Assembly (NCBI GenBank): GCA_965200155.1
Contig: CBDATR010000043.1
Span: 1 to 64,000, forward strand
Direction: 5' to 3'
Length of the DNA stretch: 64,000 nucleotides
From: Nitrosopumilaceae archaeon
GTDB taxonomy: Archaea; Thermoproteota; Nitrososphaeria; Nitrososphaerales; Nitrosopumilaceae
The position numbers were made by a program, and so were the translations under genes. The first letter of the stretch is position 1; every line of letters begins with the position of its first letter. This document shows, piece after piece, positions 53,745 through 64,000 of this stretch. The notes below the pieces were generated by a model. That model worked only from the letters and a program-made list of their open reading frames with translations. It did no database searches and was not told where the DNA came from.

Positions 53745-53830
53745 TATCGCTATTATCATAAGTCTCTGGACATGTATTTCCTACATACAGTTACCATCTT
53801 ACGTGCCGGTGACTTGTGTAACTTACTACA
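53745..53830. mobile_element. Degenerate MITE-C (IS630-type)
   Basis: tatcgctattatcataagtc...gacttgtgtaacttactaca; interior resembles 34988-35078. Confidence 0.55.
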
Positions 53831-53831
53831 C

Positions 53832-55128
53832 AAGTTTGTTACATAGCTGACTTTGACAGAATACAGGTTCCCCATGTCGTAATCTACGTTGCTGCCGCGT
53901 CCACCCACTCGTTGTACTTGGCTCCCCTCATTGTGATTTCCTGTACTGTGTTATCCTATTTCTGCGCCATTAATCCGTGCCAGAATAATCGTTTGAACGG
54001 GAACCGGTTCTATGATTATCTCGATTATCCATCGCCTGTTGTACCCTTTTGCCGCCTTCCAGTACTGCTCGTTTTCGGCCTTTTCCTAATCAGAAAGGCG
54101 GAAAATGGGCGATTCCGGGCTTCCTCCAAGACTACAAGTCCCCATGAGTCGCCTCTCCTTTGGTGGAATTTAGCTGAAGTGGAATGGTTGTCCGGATTCG
54201 ATTATCCCTGTACAATTTCATGTTATCCCTGGACGTGTATGCGCCACTCGCAAGCAACTCGAGGTTGCATGCGCGCTTGTCATCATTATTCGGTAAGGGT
54301 GACACACCGTTAGTCATCGCGTTTCCGGGTGGTGGCTTATCTGTTGGTCCTGTCAGAGATGGCAACTGTTGCAATGGGTCCGGAACTTTCCAATTCCAGG
54401 GTGTGCTCCCTTTCCGGTTGTGGCTCTTCTGAATATGGACCCAGTACTGCATTGTTTAACATGCGCGTATCCCCAACCCACTCGCCGGTAACCGTAAATG
54501 CATATGCTCTCCCAGTCCGCGAGCACATGAATCGTATGAGTTCACCTGTGTCTAAATTTACGCACAACTGATCGCGACAGTTAATGTGATTTGTGCACGA
54601 TTCCGGAAGACTTGAACTCATACCATGAATCCGCGCCTCTTTTTCCATTTGGCCCTTATCCACTCACCACGATTCAAGGCCGGTCGAGTCAACAATCATT
54701 GGCCCTCGTCAGCTTTTTGTCTGTGCCGACAATCATGCCATTCCCCTTGTCGATGTCAAGATCTTTTCCGTGTCTGTAGTGGAGTAGTGCGGGGTTTGGT
54801 GCCCTTCTAGTAGTCCTGCAAGGAATCCGGATACCTGCCTGTATCTCATACCTAATGCCGTTCTCAGTGTCATGTAACATGCCCACAGCATACTGGTAGG
54901 GAGCACCCTCTTTGTTATGGTTGGCCTTTTCAATCCCATGCATGGTTAAAGCTAAATAGCCTCCCGCTGGCCGTACTTGGCATTGTCGGTGAATACCATC
55001 AAGTTTGTTTAAAAAATCTCAGATATTAATGCTTGGATCTAATGCCTGCCACTGTGTGACGGAAATGTACAAATTTTTTCTTCAATACGATTTTCCTATC
55101 GAACTTGATTGAGTTATGCAACAAACTC
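53832..55128 (-). mobile_element. IS5 family (IS903 group) element, second degenerate copy
   Basis: Reverse-complement match to 8411-10673; TIR gagtttgttgcataact. Confidence 0.85.
54534..54623. mobile_element. MITE-A copy (90 bp)
   Basis: TSD catgaatc. Confidence 0.92.
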
Positions 55129-55540
55129 AGGATATAGAAAAAGCCATAGATGATAACAAACAACAGGTCCTGGGCAGTATGCTGAAGGCTGCTCCTTTAC
55201 AGTAGGATGTGCTCCAGTCACCGGTAACCATGAATGACCTTGACCGGGTGGTTGCCGGCAACCTAGTACAAGTAAAGCGCGCATGACACAAAATACACAA
55301 TACGACTTCCGGTAATCGGCTTGTCAGAGTGACCACAGATCGCTACATGTTTACCATAAACGGCAATGATATGGAGTTCTGGTCTCCGGACAGCCCTGCA
55401 TTTCCAGAATTTGAGCATACAAACAAGCAACCAAAACACAAAGCACTGGGTCAGTTACTTGACTCTATGGGAGTATGAGTTTAACCATCCCTGAATTGTG
55501 TATAAACTGAAAGATATGGAAACTTGCACATACAGCCATT

Positions 55541-55641
55541 GTATGAGTTCACGTCTTCCGGAATCTTATGCACAAATCACATTAACTAGAACAACCTGTT
55601 CCATCAGTTATGCGTAAATTTAGACACAGGTGAACTCATAC
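55541..55641. mobile_element. MITE-A copy (101 bp variant)
   Basis: TSD cagccatt. Confidence 0.92.
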
Positions 55642-55870
55642 CAGCCATTATGTGATAAAACAACACTGGTCATTAAATACCTCTTACTAATTCATTGCTA
55701 GCCATGAACAACTAACCCATCATGCAATTATATGCTCAGCTGTTTCTAAACCAGAATATGGGCCATTCTTTCTAAATTCGAATTTAGAAACATTATGCCC
55801 CGACAGGGTCATTTTACGTATCAGCAAGTATCCTAACAATGTGACATGAGCAACCTGCCAAGAGGGTTTG

Positions 55871-56071
55871 CTATTGGCGTTCCTTGTACCAAAGAATAAT
55901 CAATATCACCATTCCACCCAGCCAGACTCCTATCCCGGCTGCGATGATGGGCCAAAACTCCCCCCACTCCCCGCCGAATCTCACCTCCAGAACAGCAAAC
56001 AGAACCGTAATCATACCAGCTCCCGCTATGCCCATTCCCGTGCGATTAAGCCAGCCCATAAGACTAATCAC
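55871..56071 (-). CDS. Small two-TM membrane protein
   Basis: Two hydrophobic Gly-rich helices and a basic C-terminus. Confidence 0.55.
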   Translation of the reverse strand: MISLMGWLNRTGMGIAGAGMITVLFAVLEVRFGGEWGEFWPIIAAGIGVWLGGMVILIILWYKERQ

Positions 56072-56194
56072 GTGTCATTCCCTATATGACATCTCGTAAA
56101 ATTTCCATACGCGGACCTAGTAATCTTGGCCAAAATCATATGGGTGTTAAGACACAAGATACATTCTAGATCGCCAAATGCCAAAACATACACG

Positions 56195-56377
56195 AAAGCT
56201 AAACCCCCCTCCGGGCATTTCACGATCGTGCACGATCCAAAATTGACCAAAAACCCAGATCAGAGGGGGGGTTTAGCTTTTACGTACAAATATGCAATGC
56301 AACCGTCAAAACATGTAGGTAGCTGGTTAGATGATGGGCCGGAGATGCAAACCCTGAACAAAAGCTAAACCCCCCCT
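56195..56377. repeat. Three 16-17 bp repeats AAAGCTAAAC(6-7)T in alternating orientation
   Basis: 56195-56210 (+), 56264-56280 (-), 56361-56377 (+). Confidence 0.8.
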
Positions 56378-56869
56378 AGTTGAAGAAGCTGCTGTGATCA
56401 CGATGCCCAAAGATATTTGGTCGTACTCTTTTTCGTGCAAGACTGCCCGGTCTTGGGGGAGCAGGCCCCTCTCTATGGTAGTGGGCCGGATCCGCTCCGT
56501 ACGAGTAACAGGATATGTTCTGTATACCCAAGGCGTGGACATCCTAGTACTATGTCTGTATATGTAGTGGGCTCCAACATTGCACAACACGTCCTGGCCT
56601 CCTGCTTTGTTGGCAAGAATCAGTGCGGAGAACTGATCCGCCACGTTCTCCACAAGACCGGTATTGGTATGTTGATGTCTAATATTACATGTCCTATCTA
56701 GTATCGTATACGTTGTCAAGTCCTCTACTTCACAGACTGTATCAACAACCTCCAGACAGTCTTCATTATGTTTGTGATACAGATCAAATTCATAGCATGT
56801 GGTTACAGTCCTGAGCTCCATCTCATAGTAGGCGTTGGCCTCGCCGCACTCTCTTACCTCTATTATCAT
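56327..56869 (-). CDS. Hypothetical Cys/His-containing protein
   Basis: 180-aa ORF; ATGA overlap with 56866-57090. Confidence 0.5.
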   Translation of the reverse strand: MIIEVRECGEANAYYEMELRTVTTCYEFDLYHKHNEDCLEVVDTVCEVEDLTTYTILDRTCNIRHQHTNTGLVENVADQFSALILANKAGGQDVLCNVGAHYIYRHSTRMSTPWVYRTYPVTRTERIRPTTIERGLLPQDRAVLHEKEYDQISLGIVITAASSTRGGLAFVQGLHLRPII

Positions 56870-57214
56870 GTGGCAGGTAAAAGGTCTCGTTCAGCCAGTC
56901 TGCCTTGCTTTCTAGAAAGTTCATCCTGTAGCAATATTTTGGCATCATGTGCTGATATGTAGTTGGACCTGTACAAGGGAATAAAGCGTCCGTTGTCGTC
57001 GTCAAAGACATGTAATGGGCATCCAACATTGGTATGTACCCGTTTCGCCGATATGCGTACGCCAGTGCCTCTTCTGGTGTAAGGATGCAATATTGTACTC
57101 GTCCAGCGATTTCATGTACGGCGTGTCGTACTCTTTTGCAGTTGACGTACTGGTGTAATAGACATACATATCAAACCGTGACATGTACTCGTCCAGCATA
57201 TCTGGCCAGCTCAT
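56866..57214 (-). CDS. Small hypothetical ORF(s), possibly one frameshifted gene
   Basis: 57002-57214 (LDEY twice) overlaps 56866-57090. Confidence 0.35.
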
Positions 57215-57348
57215 ATGATGTGATGGGTATATCTTACAGCATCATGTACAAGTGTGATTCATGTACTACGCGCTGGCGTGAACAGGATTCATACCAAAGA
57301 TATTACGATGCAGAAGTCATAACTGGCGGTTGGCGTCTTCCTAGTTTG

Positions 57349-60300
57349 TCATACGGCTGCCTTAAAGTACTGGGTTATGTCCGGGGGATCCGGTTTTGTG
57401 TGGTCCGGCTTGAATTCTGCGGGCAGTTCGGCTATTATATGGTCTGATTCAACTCCCACATATATGAGCCGCTCTATCATTATAATTACATCTTCCTCTG
57501 ACATGTCTTTGCAGGGAAAGTTTACTATGCCACTGTCCTTGTCTGTGCGGATGTGGTAACGGTCTACAAACCAGCCCAGAGGGGTGCGACCATTTACCGT
57601 GTATGATATGTGGGGTATGTTATCAAATACCAGTATACCATTCAGATATAGTTTGGTGGTATCGGTCACTCTCTTACTACCTTTTTTCATAGTACCGAAC
57701 CTTATCTTTTCTACGGTACCGAATTTACCTTTGGGCGCTCCCAGGTTGTAGCGTGCGCAGGTTTCATAGTTGAGGTGTAGGTCGGCCAGCTTGCGGCCCA
57801 CATCCTCGAATGCCCAAAAGTCCGGGGCCATGGGGATGCGGGGCAGTTCCTTTGAGAGTGAGTTGGCGAACTTTTCCTTGTAGCCGGTATGATGGAATAA
57901 ACCATAGATGTAGTAGAAGATGTCTATTTTTGTGATATTTTCATCATGGTAGTGTTCCTGGTATTGTTCCAGTGCAGAGTCGAGTATATTCTCGCCGAAG
58001 ACGACCCTCCGTGTAGTAGAGGAATGGGAAGCATTGTCCATTGTATTGGACTTGGATGTCTGGTGTTGTATCGGTGATAAGCACTGAGAATTGCCCTTTT
58101 GGCTTATGCGTGATGATGATAGCGAGATTTTCTGCTCTCTCTCTCTCTCTCTCTCATGTGTGTATCTGCATATACGCGGAGGGGGAAGCATTGTGTGGGT
58201 GAAACTGAATTCAGATCTGGTATTGAGTCTGTTATAAGAGATGAAAATATCCCAGATGTTCCTTTATACGGAATACAAATTGAAAGGTTCTCTGAGTCAC
58301 CCTTTGGAAAGAATTTTGGAATTTGATATGGTCTATGGACAAATGCTTTTGTCTCAAAATACACATATTGTTTAAAGAAGGGTCTATACAACGCTTTTCT
58401 CAGTAAGCTCTTATCAAATACTGACTTTGTGTTTAATCGGGCAAGTTTATGGGATAACTCTTCTGTCCACTTGGCTTGACGAGGATTCAATTTCGGCTCG
58501 TCTAGATTCTGCGAGTTACAATAGTCGATATGCTTTTTCATATTTTTGACAAGTTCTGTCTTGGATGAATTATACATCCAAACATCACGACCAGTTGCTA
58601 TCCCCATAGAATATACTTTAAAGATGGCATTTTTGCTACCCTTTCTTATCTTTACCTCTTTACTTCCAATGGGCAGGTATTTTGAGAATTCTTCAATCCT
58701 CTGGTTCACCCAGTCGTGATATTTGTCTGGTTTTATAATCTGCCAGTCCTTTATTCCAGTAATAGATTTTAGGTCCCTTATAATCTTCAGTTTCTTCTCT
58801 CTTGTATGGTAATCCCCGATGTCTTTGTAATGGATGGTACAAGAGTGTTTGGCAGGGTTTTTCACTAGAATAGTAATGGCTACGGGGGCGCGGGAGCCGG
58901 AACCAAATATCTTACCGCCCTCTTTCTTGGAGGTCTCGCCTTGTGTCCTTTGGTTCCCTCTTAAATCAAAGCACCAGATATCAGTGAACTCCTCATACAA
59001 TGAGGCACGAACTCCTGATGCAGCTTCAGATTTTATGAAACTCCCGTTTGTAACAAATGCTATAACGCCAGATTCTCCTATACGATCACTGGCCCATCGA
59101 AGGGCGCGGAGGTACGAATCATAAACTGATCGGATTAACTGCTGACCTTTATTCTTCCTGACATAGGTGTCCTTTATACTCTGGTCTATTTTAGGATATG
59201 AGACATTCTGGTTCTGATCATTATAATTTGACTGACCGGCCGAGTATGGTGGATTACTCACTATAACATTAAGATTTGACTTGTACTGTTTTTGCCTGCG
59301 TTTCTTTATGTCTACAAACTGTTTATCAATTCTTGTGGATTCCTGCTTGTGATAGCCACCCTCAAGATAACGCGGGTCCATCTGGAATGTGTCGGTATAA
59401 TTCATACCCTCGAAGGAATTTTTATTCGAGGTCAAATCAACATAGGTGGACTCAATATTGACTGTCGCAATATAGAATGCCAACAAGAGCATCTCGTTTG
59501 CAAACATGTCATTCGTATATTTCTCAGTGATATGCTCTCTCGTCAGTTTGGTCTCCAGCAGACGCGCCAGAAACGTACCTGTCCCAGTAAAAGGATCAAG
59601 TATCTTGACGGTACCATCTACAAAATTTGTATCAAACTCCGATACCAGAACATCCTCTACACTGTTTATTATGAAATCTACCACCTCTATGGGGGTATAG
59701 ACTATACCATCCCTGTTTGCCCTTTTTGGATCATACTTTTTGTAGAAGGTCTCGTAGATGTTGCGGATAAACTGCTGTCGGCTTGCATTGTCTGTTATTG
59801 ATTCGGCTACGAGCTCGATTGCACTATAGTCTATAAGATGGTCTGATATACCAAGAATCATGCGCAATCTTTCGAGCTCCTGAGCTATACTATTGGTCTT
59901 GTAGAACTCATAGTCGTATACGGTTGCAAATATACGAGCAGTTACCACATGTTGGACCAGCATCCCCTTGATATCTTCCTTGGATATGGTATCGTTGAGA
60001 ATCTCCTTACAAACTAGTACAAATTTTTCCGCTTCGGCATCATATTCTGGATTGTCTGATATCTTCGATGCTATCAGATTCCGCGTATCAGATATGACCT
60101 CCCCTAGATTCTCTTCGAACTTTTTAATGGCCTCCTCATACGTGGAGAACTTATCAAATGCATTCTGCACGCGCTCATCTATGCTTATATGATCATCATC
60201 TGGGCCGGACTTTACGGCCATCACGAATGCGGCCAGTCCCCACTTCTTGGATTCGGGCTGTATTACAATGTGGCGCGTCTGCGGGTGTGTCGTCATCTTA

Positions 60301-60587
60301 TCTCGTACCGTCGTTACTATAAGTGAGTCTCCGCGTTTTGTGAATACCATACATGGCGCATCCCGGTATTCTGCCACGGTGCGGGCAATTCCGCGCCAGC
60401 CGGATTGTGCTTCCATGTATAAAATATCATACTCGTCGTTACGCGCTATAATCTCGCAGTCTATTACATCACTCATATCACCAATGTCAATTGGCTCGCG
60501 CAGTGTGTGGTATCCGTTCCGGCCCAGCATGCGTTGAACCTTTCCAAGAGTATTTGAGAATGAAATCATGCCACACCCATGCTGCAC
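57349..60587 (-). CDS. Type ISP-like N6-methyltransferase/TRD protein, frameshifted at a (GA)10 tract (predicted phase OFF)
   Basis: GIVYTPIEVVDFI, ILDPFTGTGTF, VSNPPY, DSYLRALRWASDRI, DLRGNQR, LYRPF, CFPL; C-terminal part (DIFYYIYGLFH..Y.EKFA..L.KELPRIP) continues in another frame at 57349-58191. Confidence 0.88.
58135..58155 (-). repeat. (GA)10G dinucleotide SSR at the frameshift
   Basis: ctctctctctctctctctctc on the + strand. Confidence 0.92.
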
Positions 60588-63500
60588 ACTATCTTGGGCC
60601 TCACGATTTCCTTGCGATAGTTGTATTTTCGCTCAAATATTACCTCCAGCGCTTGCAATACTGACTCATCATCCATGCCATCCCGGTCTACCCGCTTGCG
60701 TAGATCATTTAGGCTACGATAAGGTTGTTTGTTTGTAACCATCATTTTGGTAACAGACGGGATTAGCTTTTGCGCCCGCCTGCCAAGTGGGTTTTTCATT
60801 CGCATCAGTCGTCTTTCAAAGTATACCTGCGCCCTGGTCTTCTTTTTATTTTTGCCCTGTTCATTTTTCATGTCCCGGACAAATTTTCTATATGCCATAC
60901 TGATCAGCCCGTCATAATTGGCATTATCTGACTCCTGTGTTATATCGTGGATACTCTCACCCATCACTTTCAGGAATGACGAGGCCCTCATCCTCTGTAT
61001 CCTCTGTGCAGTTATCTCATAGTATCTGCGGAATGGCTTTTCCAGTAATTCCTTGTCATCCTGTAGTATGCGCTCAACTGCCTCGCATACCACCAAAAGA
61101 CGATTATTACCTACCGCGCATCGTATTCCCAGCGGCAGTGACTTTACGTGCTCTCTGAGTTCCGCATTGGTGTGTATCTTGTCTGCATCAATCTCCGCGG
61201 AGGTCTGTATCATGTCAAGGACTCCATCGGAATCCGCGTCCAGTACATCCTCTCTGCACAGATAGATATCCGTTACCGCGTTCTTGTCAATGACCTCGGT
61301 GGGTTCAAGGATTTTTTGATCATGCCCTATGATGCGGCGTATGGTGTCTATCTTGTTTGCCACCCTCTCCTGCAGGCGCAGCTCAGTCTCTATCTTGGTA
61401 GCTGGCAAAAAGTTGATTACGTCTATGGCTCTGTGCCTTGTTCCTATTCTGTCTATCCTTCCTATTCTTTGGATGAGCCGAACGGGGTTCCAGTGAAAGT
61501 CATAATTAATTATGGTCTTGCCCGCCTGCAAATTCACGCCTTCCGCCAGTACGTCGGTGCTGATCAATACCTGCAGCTCATCCTCTACCGGAATTGTCGC
61601 ATTATTATTCTCGGGATCAAAGCATTTCACCATGTTGTTCTTTTCTCTGGTGGATTTTTTGGAATCTATCTGATTCATGTGAAGATCTGGCAGCTTCTCG
61701 TGTAGATACTTGTAAACATACTGGGCCGTTACCAGCGACTCGGTGAATAGCAGTATCTTTTGGTCACTCCTGTCCTTGATAATATCCAGTAGCCCTTCAA
61801 GTTTATCATCATGTAGTACAAAGTCGTCCTTGTCTGGCAGTAGCCGTCCTATGCTGGCGAATACCTCAATGTCCTTTATTATGTCCGCCTTCCATGCGGC
61901 AACATCAAAGGCTTTAATGTCGTACTCGGAGGTGGGGGCGTCGATCATATCGTCATACCCATCATTGTCAGACATGATGCTCTCGTATATCGTGTCGTGA
62001 TAGTACTTGCCTATGGGGACAATGCCCTTTTTGACGAAACCCAAAAAGATCTCCGAGCCCCTCTCAAAATTTCTTACACTTGAGTGGAATGCGGCAATAC
62101 TTGACTCCATTCTTTTCAGTAGACTAGTCCTGACCATACCGGTCAGGGACATCATGCTGTTGGCAAGATTGTTGTACTTTGTATATTCGGGGTGTGTGGT
62201 GTTTCTGTATTCGTCTGTAATGTATTTTCCCGGCTGGTACCGCGCAAGTTTCAGTTGCTCGATATAATCCTGTATTCTCTCAAATGAGTCCTGGTATACG
62301 CGGTCTATATCATACTCCCGGGGGTTAACAAGATGCCGTTTGGGAAAGTACTTTCTCTGGCCATCCGGAGATTCCAGGTAGTACCGGTTTCCGTCCCTCT
62401 TTGCATGGTTCTCCTGTATATGTTTTCTAGTGCGGCGTATCAGTATGTGACGCAGGAGTTCCCTTATCTTTTCCTCGCCTTCCGGTGTAATCTTGTTGTT
62501 CTGCTCTGCCCCCTTGAAATACTCGTCCAGCGTGGTGTCGCCCAGGGATGGTATCTCGTGTATCCTGTCACCGGGGAACAGACTCAACTGATTCTTGATA
62601 TCTGTTACGCTGTTGGAGATGGGTGTGGCAGTGAGCATGATGATGCAGGATTCGTCAGGCTGCTGTTTCATGAAATCATACAGCGCCTCATAGGCATGAG
62701 TCCTGTTTCTGAAATTGTGGCTCTCATCGATTAGAATTACATCGCAGTTACTGTACTTGTTCAGGCTATGGCCTTCTTTGCCTATCTTGTATCTGGATAT
62801 TATTTCCGCGTTTACCTCGAACGCATCCATATAGCCGCTCCACATATCTACAAGTTGCGGTGGGCAAATTATCAGCGGCTTGGAGTGGTTCGTCTCCTTG
62901 AGGTACTTTAGTATCATGCTGCCTATGTAGGACTTGCCGGTTCCGACTACATCTGCTATTATCACCCCTCCGTAATTGTTTATTTTTGAAATGGCGCTGG
63001 CTACTGCCATCTTTTGAAAGTCAAAGAGTTTTGTGGTGCTGGGATGATCTATATCCACATCGTCGCTGTCGTGCTCGTTTAGGATGGCCTTGTGGTATAC
63101 GTCCTGCGGCTCCCTGTCATGAATCCAAGAACCTTTCATGATATCTGCAATTTCTTCGGTGAACTCTTCTGATTCCTCCCAATGCCGGTCGAACCACTTG
63201 AGTAGCTTTTCTGTATCTTCGTTCTGGTTTGTACGCAGGTTGAGCTCGGTATTCTCACGAATTCCAGATAATGAAAGATTACTGGAGCCCACTATGGACA
63301 TTTTTGGTAATCTCTTGTCACCTTCAAACTCAAAGATATACGCCTTGGCATGTAGTCGCTCCTTTGTGTATGCCCTGACTTGTAGCTTGCCCCTGCTTAT
63401 CAGGTCGTGCAATTTGATTATTGCCTGTCGATCAGAATCGGTCTGCTTCATGTGTGCCAGGGAATTTGCAAACTGACGGCTCACTGTAGCCCTGCCGTTC

Positions 63501-63802
63501 CTATCGTCTGTCTGCGCCCTGCGCTGCACGTCCTCCAAGGATTCGTTTATCGCGAGTAGCGCCTCGGCAGTGGGCCGGTTGGTTGTGGGTGATATAAGCA
63601 GGCGGATGACATGATTGGGATCGCTACTTGCCTCTATTCTGGCAAAGCTGTCCATGATGGGGGCAAAGCCTGTTACAAAGAAATATCCCACGGCTATGCT
63701 GACGCGGGATGTTTCTGGCAGCATGTCTTTTAACTGATCAAGTAGGAATACATTTTCGTTGTCTATGACGCTCTCATTTGACAATGACCAAGTTGCCACC
63801 AT
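60566..63802 (-). CDS. PLD-nuclease domain fused to an SNF2-type helicase
   Basis: AVGYFF, RLHAKAYIF..SIVGSSNLS (HKD-type), ADVVGTGKS, IDESHNFRN, LTATPISN, STDVLAEGVNLQ, WNPVRLIQRIGRIDRIG. Confidence 0.92.
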   Translation of the reverse strand: MVATWSLSNESVIDNENVFLLDQLKDMLPETSRVSIAVGYFFVTGFAPIMDSFARIEASSDPNHVIRLLISPTTNRPTAEALLAINESLEDVQRRAQTDDRNGRATVSRQFANSLAHMKQTDSDRQAIIKLHDLISRGKLQVRAYTKERLHAKAYIFEFEGDKRLPKMSIVGSSNLSLSGIRENTELNLRTNQNEDTEKLLKWFDRHWEESEEFTEEIADIMKGSWIHDREPQDVYHKAILNEHDSDDVDIDHPSTTKLFDFQKMAVASAISKINNYGGVIIADVVGTGKSYIGSMILKYLKETNHSKPLIICPPQLVDMWSGYMDAFEVNAEIISRYKIGKEGHSLNKYSNCDVILIDESHNFRNRTHAYEALYDFMKQQPDESCIIMLTATPISNSVTDIKNQLSLFPGDRIHEIPSLGDTTLDEYFKGAEQNNKITPEGEEKIRELLRHILIRRTRKHIQENHAKRDGNRYYLESPDGQRKYFPKRHLVNPREYDIDRVYQDSFERIQDYIEQLKLARYQPGKYITDEYRNTTHPEYTKYNNLANSMMSLTGMVRTSLLKRMESSIAAFHSSVRNFERGSEIFLGFVKKGIVPIGKYYHDTIYESIMSDNDGYDDMIDAPTSEYDIKAFDVAAWKADIIKDIEVFASIGRLLPDKDDFVLHDDKLEGLLDIIKDRSDQKILLFTESLVTAQYVYKYLHEKLPDLHMNQIDSKKSTREKNNMVKCFDPENNNATIPVEDELQVLISTDVLAEGVNLQAGKTIINYDFHWNPVRLIQRIGRIDRIGTRHRAIDVINFLPATKIETELRLQERVANKIDTIRRIIGHDQKILEPTEVIDKNAVTDIYLCREDVLDADSDGVLDMIQTSAEIDADKIHTNAELREHVKSLPLGIRCAVGNNRLLVVCEAVERILQDDKELLEKPFRRYYEITAQRIQRMRASSFLKVMGESIHDITQESDNANYDGLISMAYRKFVRDMKNEQGKNKKKTRAQVYFERRLMRMKNPLGRRAQKLIPSVTKMMVTNKQPYRSLNDLRKRVDRDGMDDESVLQALEVIFERKYNYRKEIVRPKIVCSMGVA

Positions 63803-64000
63803 ACCAATTTATGAATTGTGTGAAGTACAGAGGTCGTCTACTTCTACAATGGTAGTATGTGGCTACTGCCAGCTGGGCCCTGCCCGGGGCGCGATACACT
63901 TGCCCATACATGAACGTCCAGAGCAGTAGTTACATTGGGAATCTACACTGTATGCGCCGTTGCCCGGAATGGTTGCCCCGAAGGCGCGGTCAGCCTGTTA

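Noticed and set aside
3835-55641. MITE-A repeats as a CRISPR array, or MSSRLPES... as a small protein family
   Set aside because: Copies are dispersed, in both orientations, with TIRs and TSDs; the peptides are read-through of the repeat
56195-56377. ORB elements of a chromosomal origin
   Set aside because: G-strings are present, but the TTCCA-N-TGGAA core and an adjacent cdc6/orc1 are absent

Overview
Archaeal chromosomal DNA, most likely Nitrososphaerota (Thaumarchaeota). The evidence is a eukaryote-type topoisomerase IB, proteasome alpha subunit, archaeal ProRS/ArgRS and a tRNA(CAU) with a non-canonical intron. The heavy IS/MITE load, many pseudogenes and a long collagen suggest a host-associated, Cenarchaeum-like lineage (inference). 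Housekeeping islands are separated by nested mobile-element debris: about 26 copies of a 90-101 bp MITE (TIR GTATGAGTTCAC, 8-bp TSD), six IS481-like copies (three inserted at the same base of that MITE), and IS903-, IS66-, IS630-, IS3- and IS5/ISL2-type remnants. Defence genes are sspA-sspB-sspC phosphorothioation (runs off the left edge), a type ISP-like R-M enzyme with a G12 tract, a PLD-SNF2 helicase plus an ISP-type MTase frameshifted at a (GA)10 tract, two orphan MTases and MNT-HEPN. Most unusual signals: (1) two tnpB remnants whose structured 3' region ends in an IS630/Tc1-mariner-type, TA-targeting TIR; (2) two isolated 'repeat 36-38 bp / insert 35-36 bp / repeat' scars resembling ectopic CRISPR spacer acquisition; (3) a site-specific IS481-into-MITE-into-IS66-end nesting hierarchy; (4) SSR phase-variable R-M genes in an archaeon. 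All coordinates and counts were read by hand and may be off by a few bases. No database searches were run.
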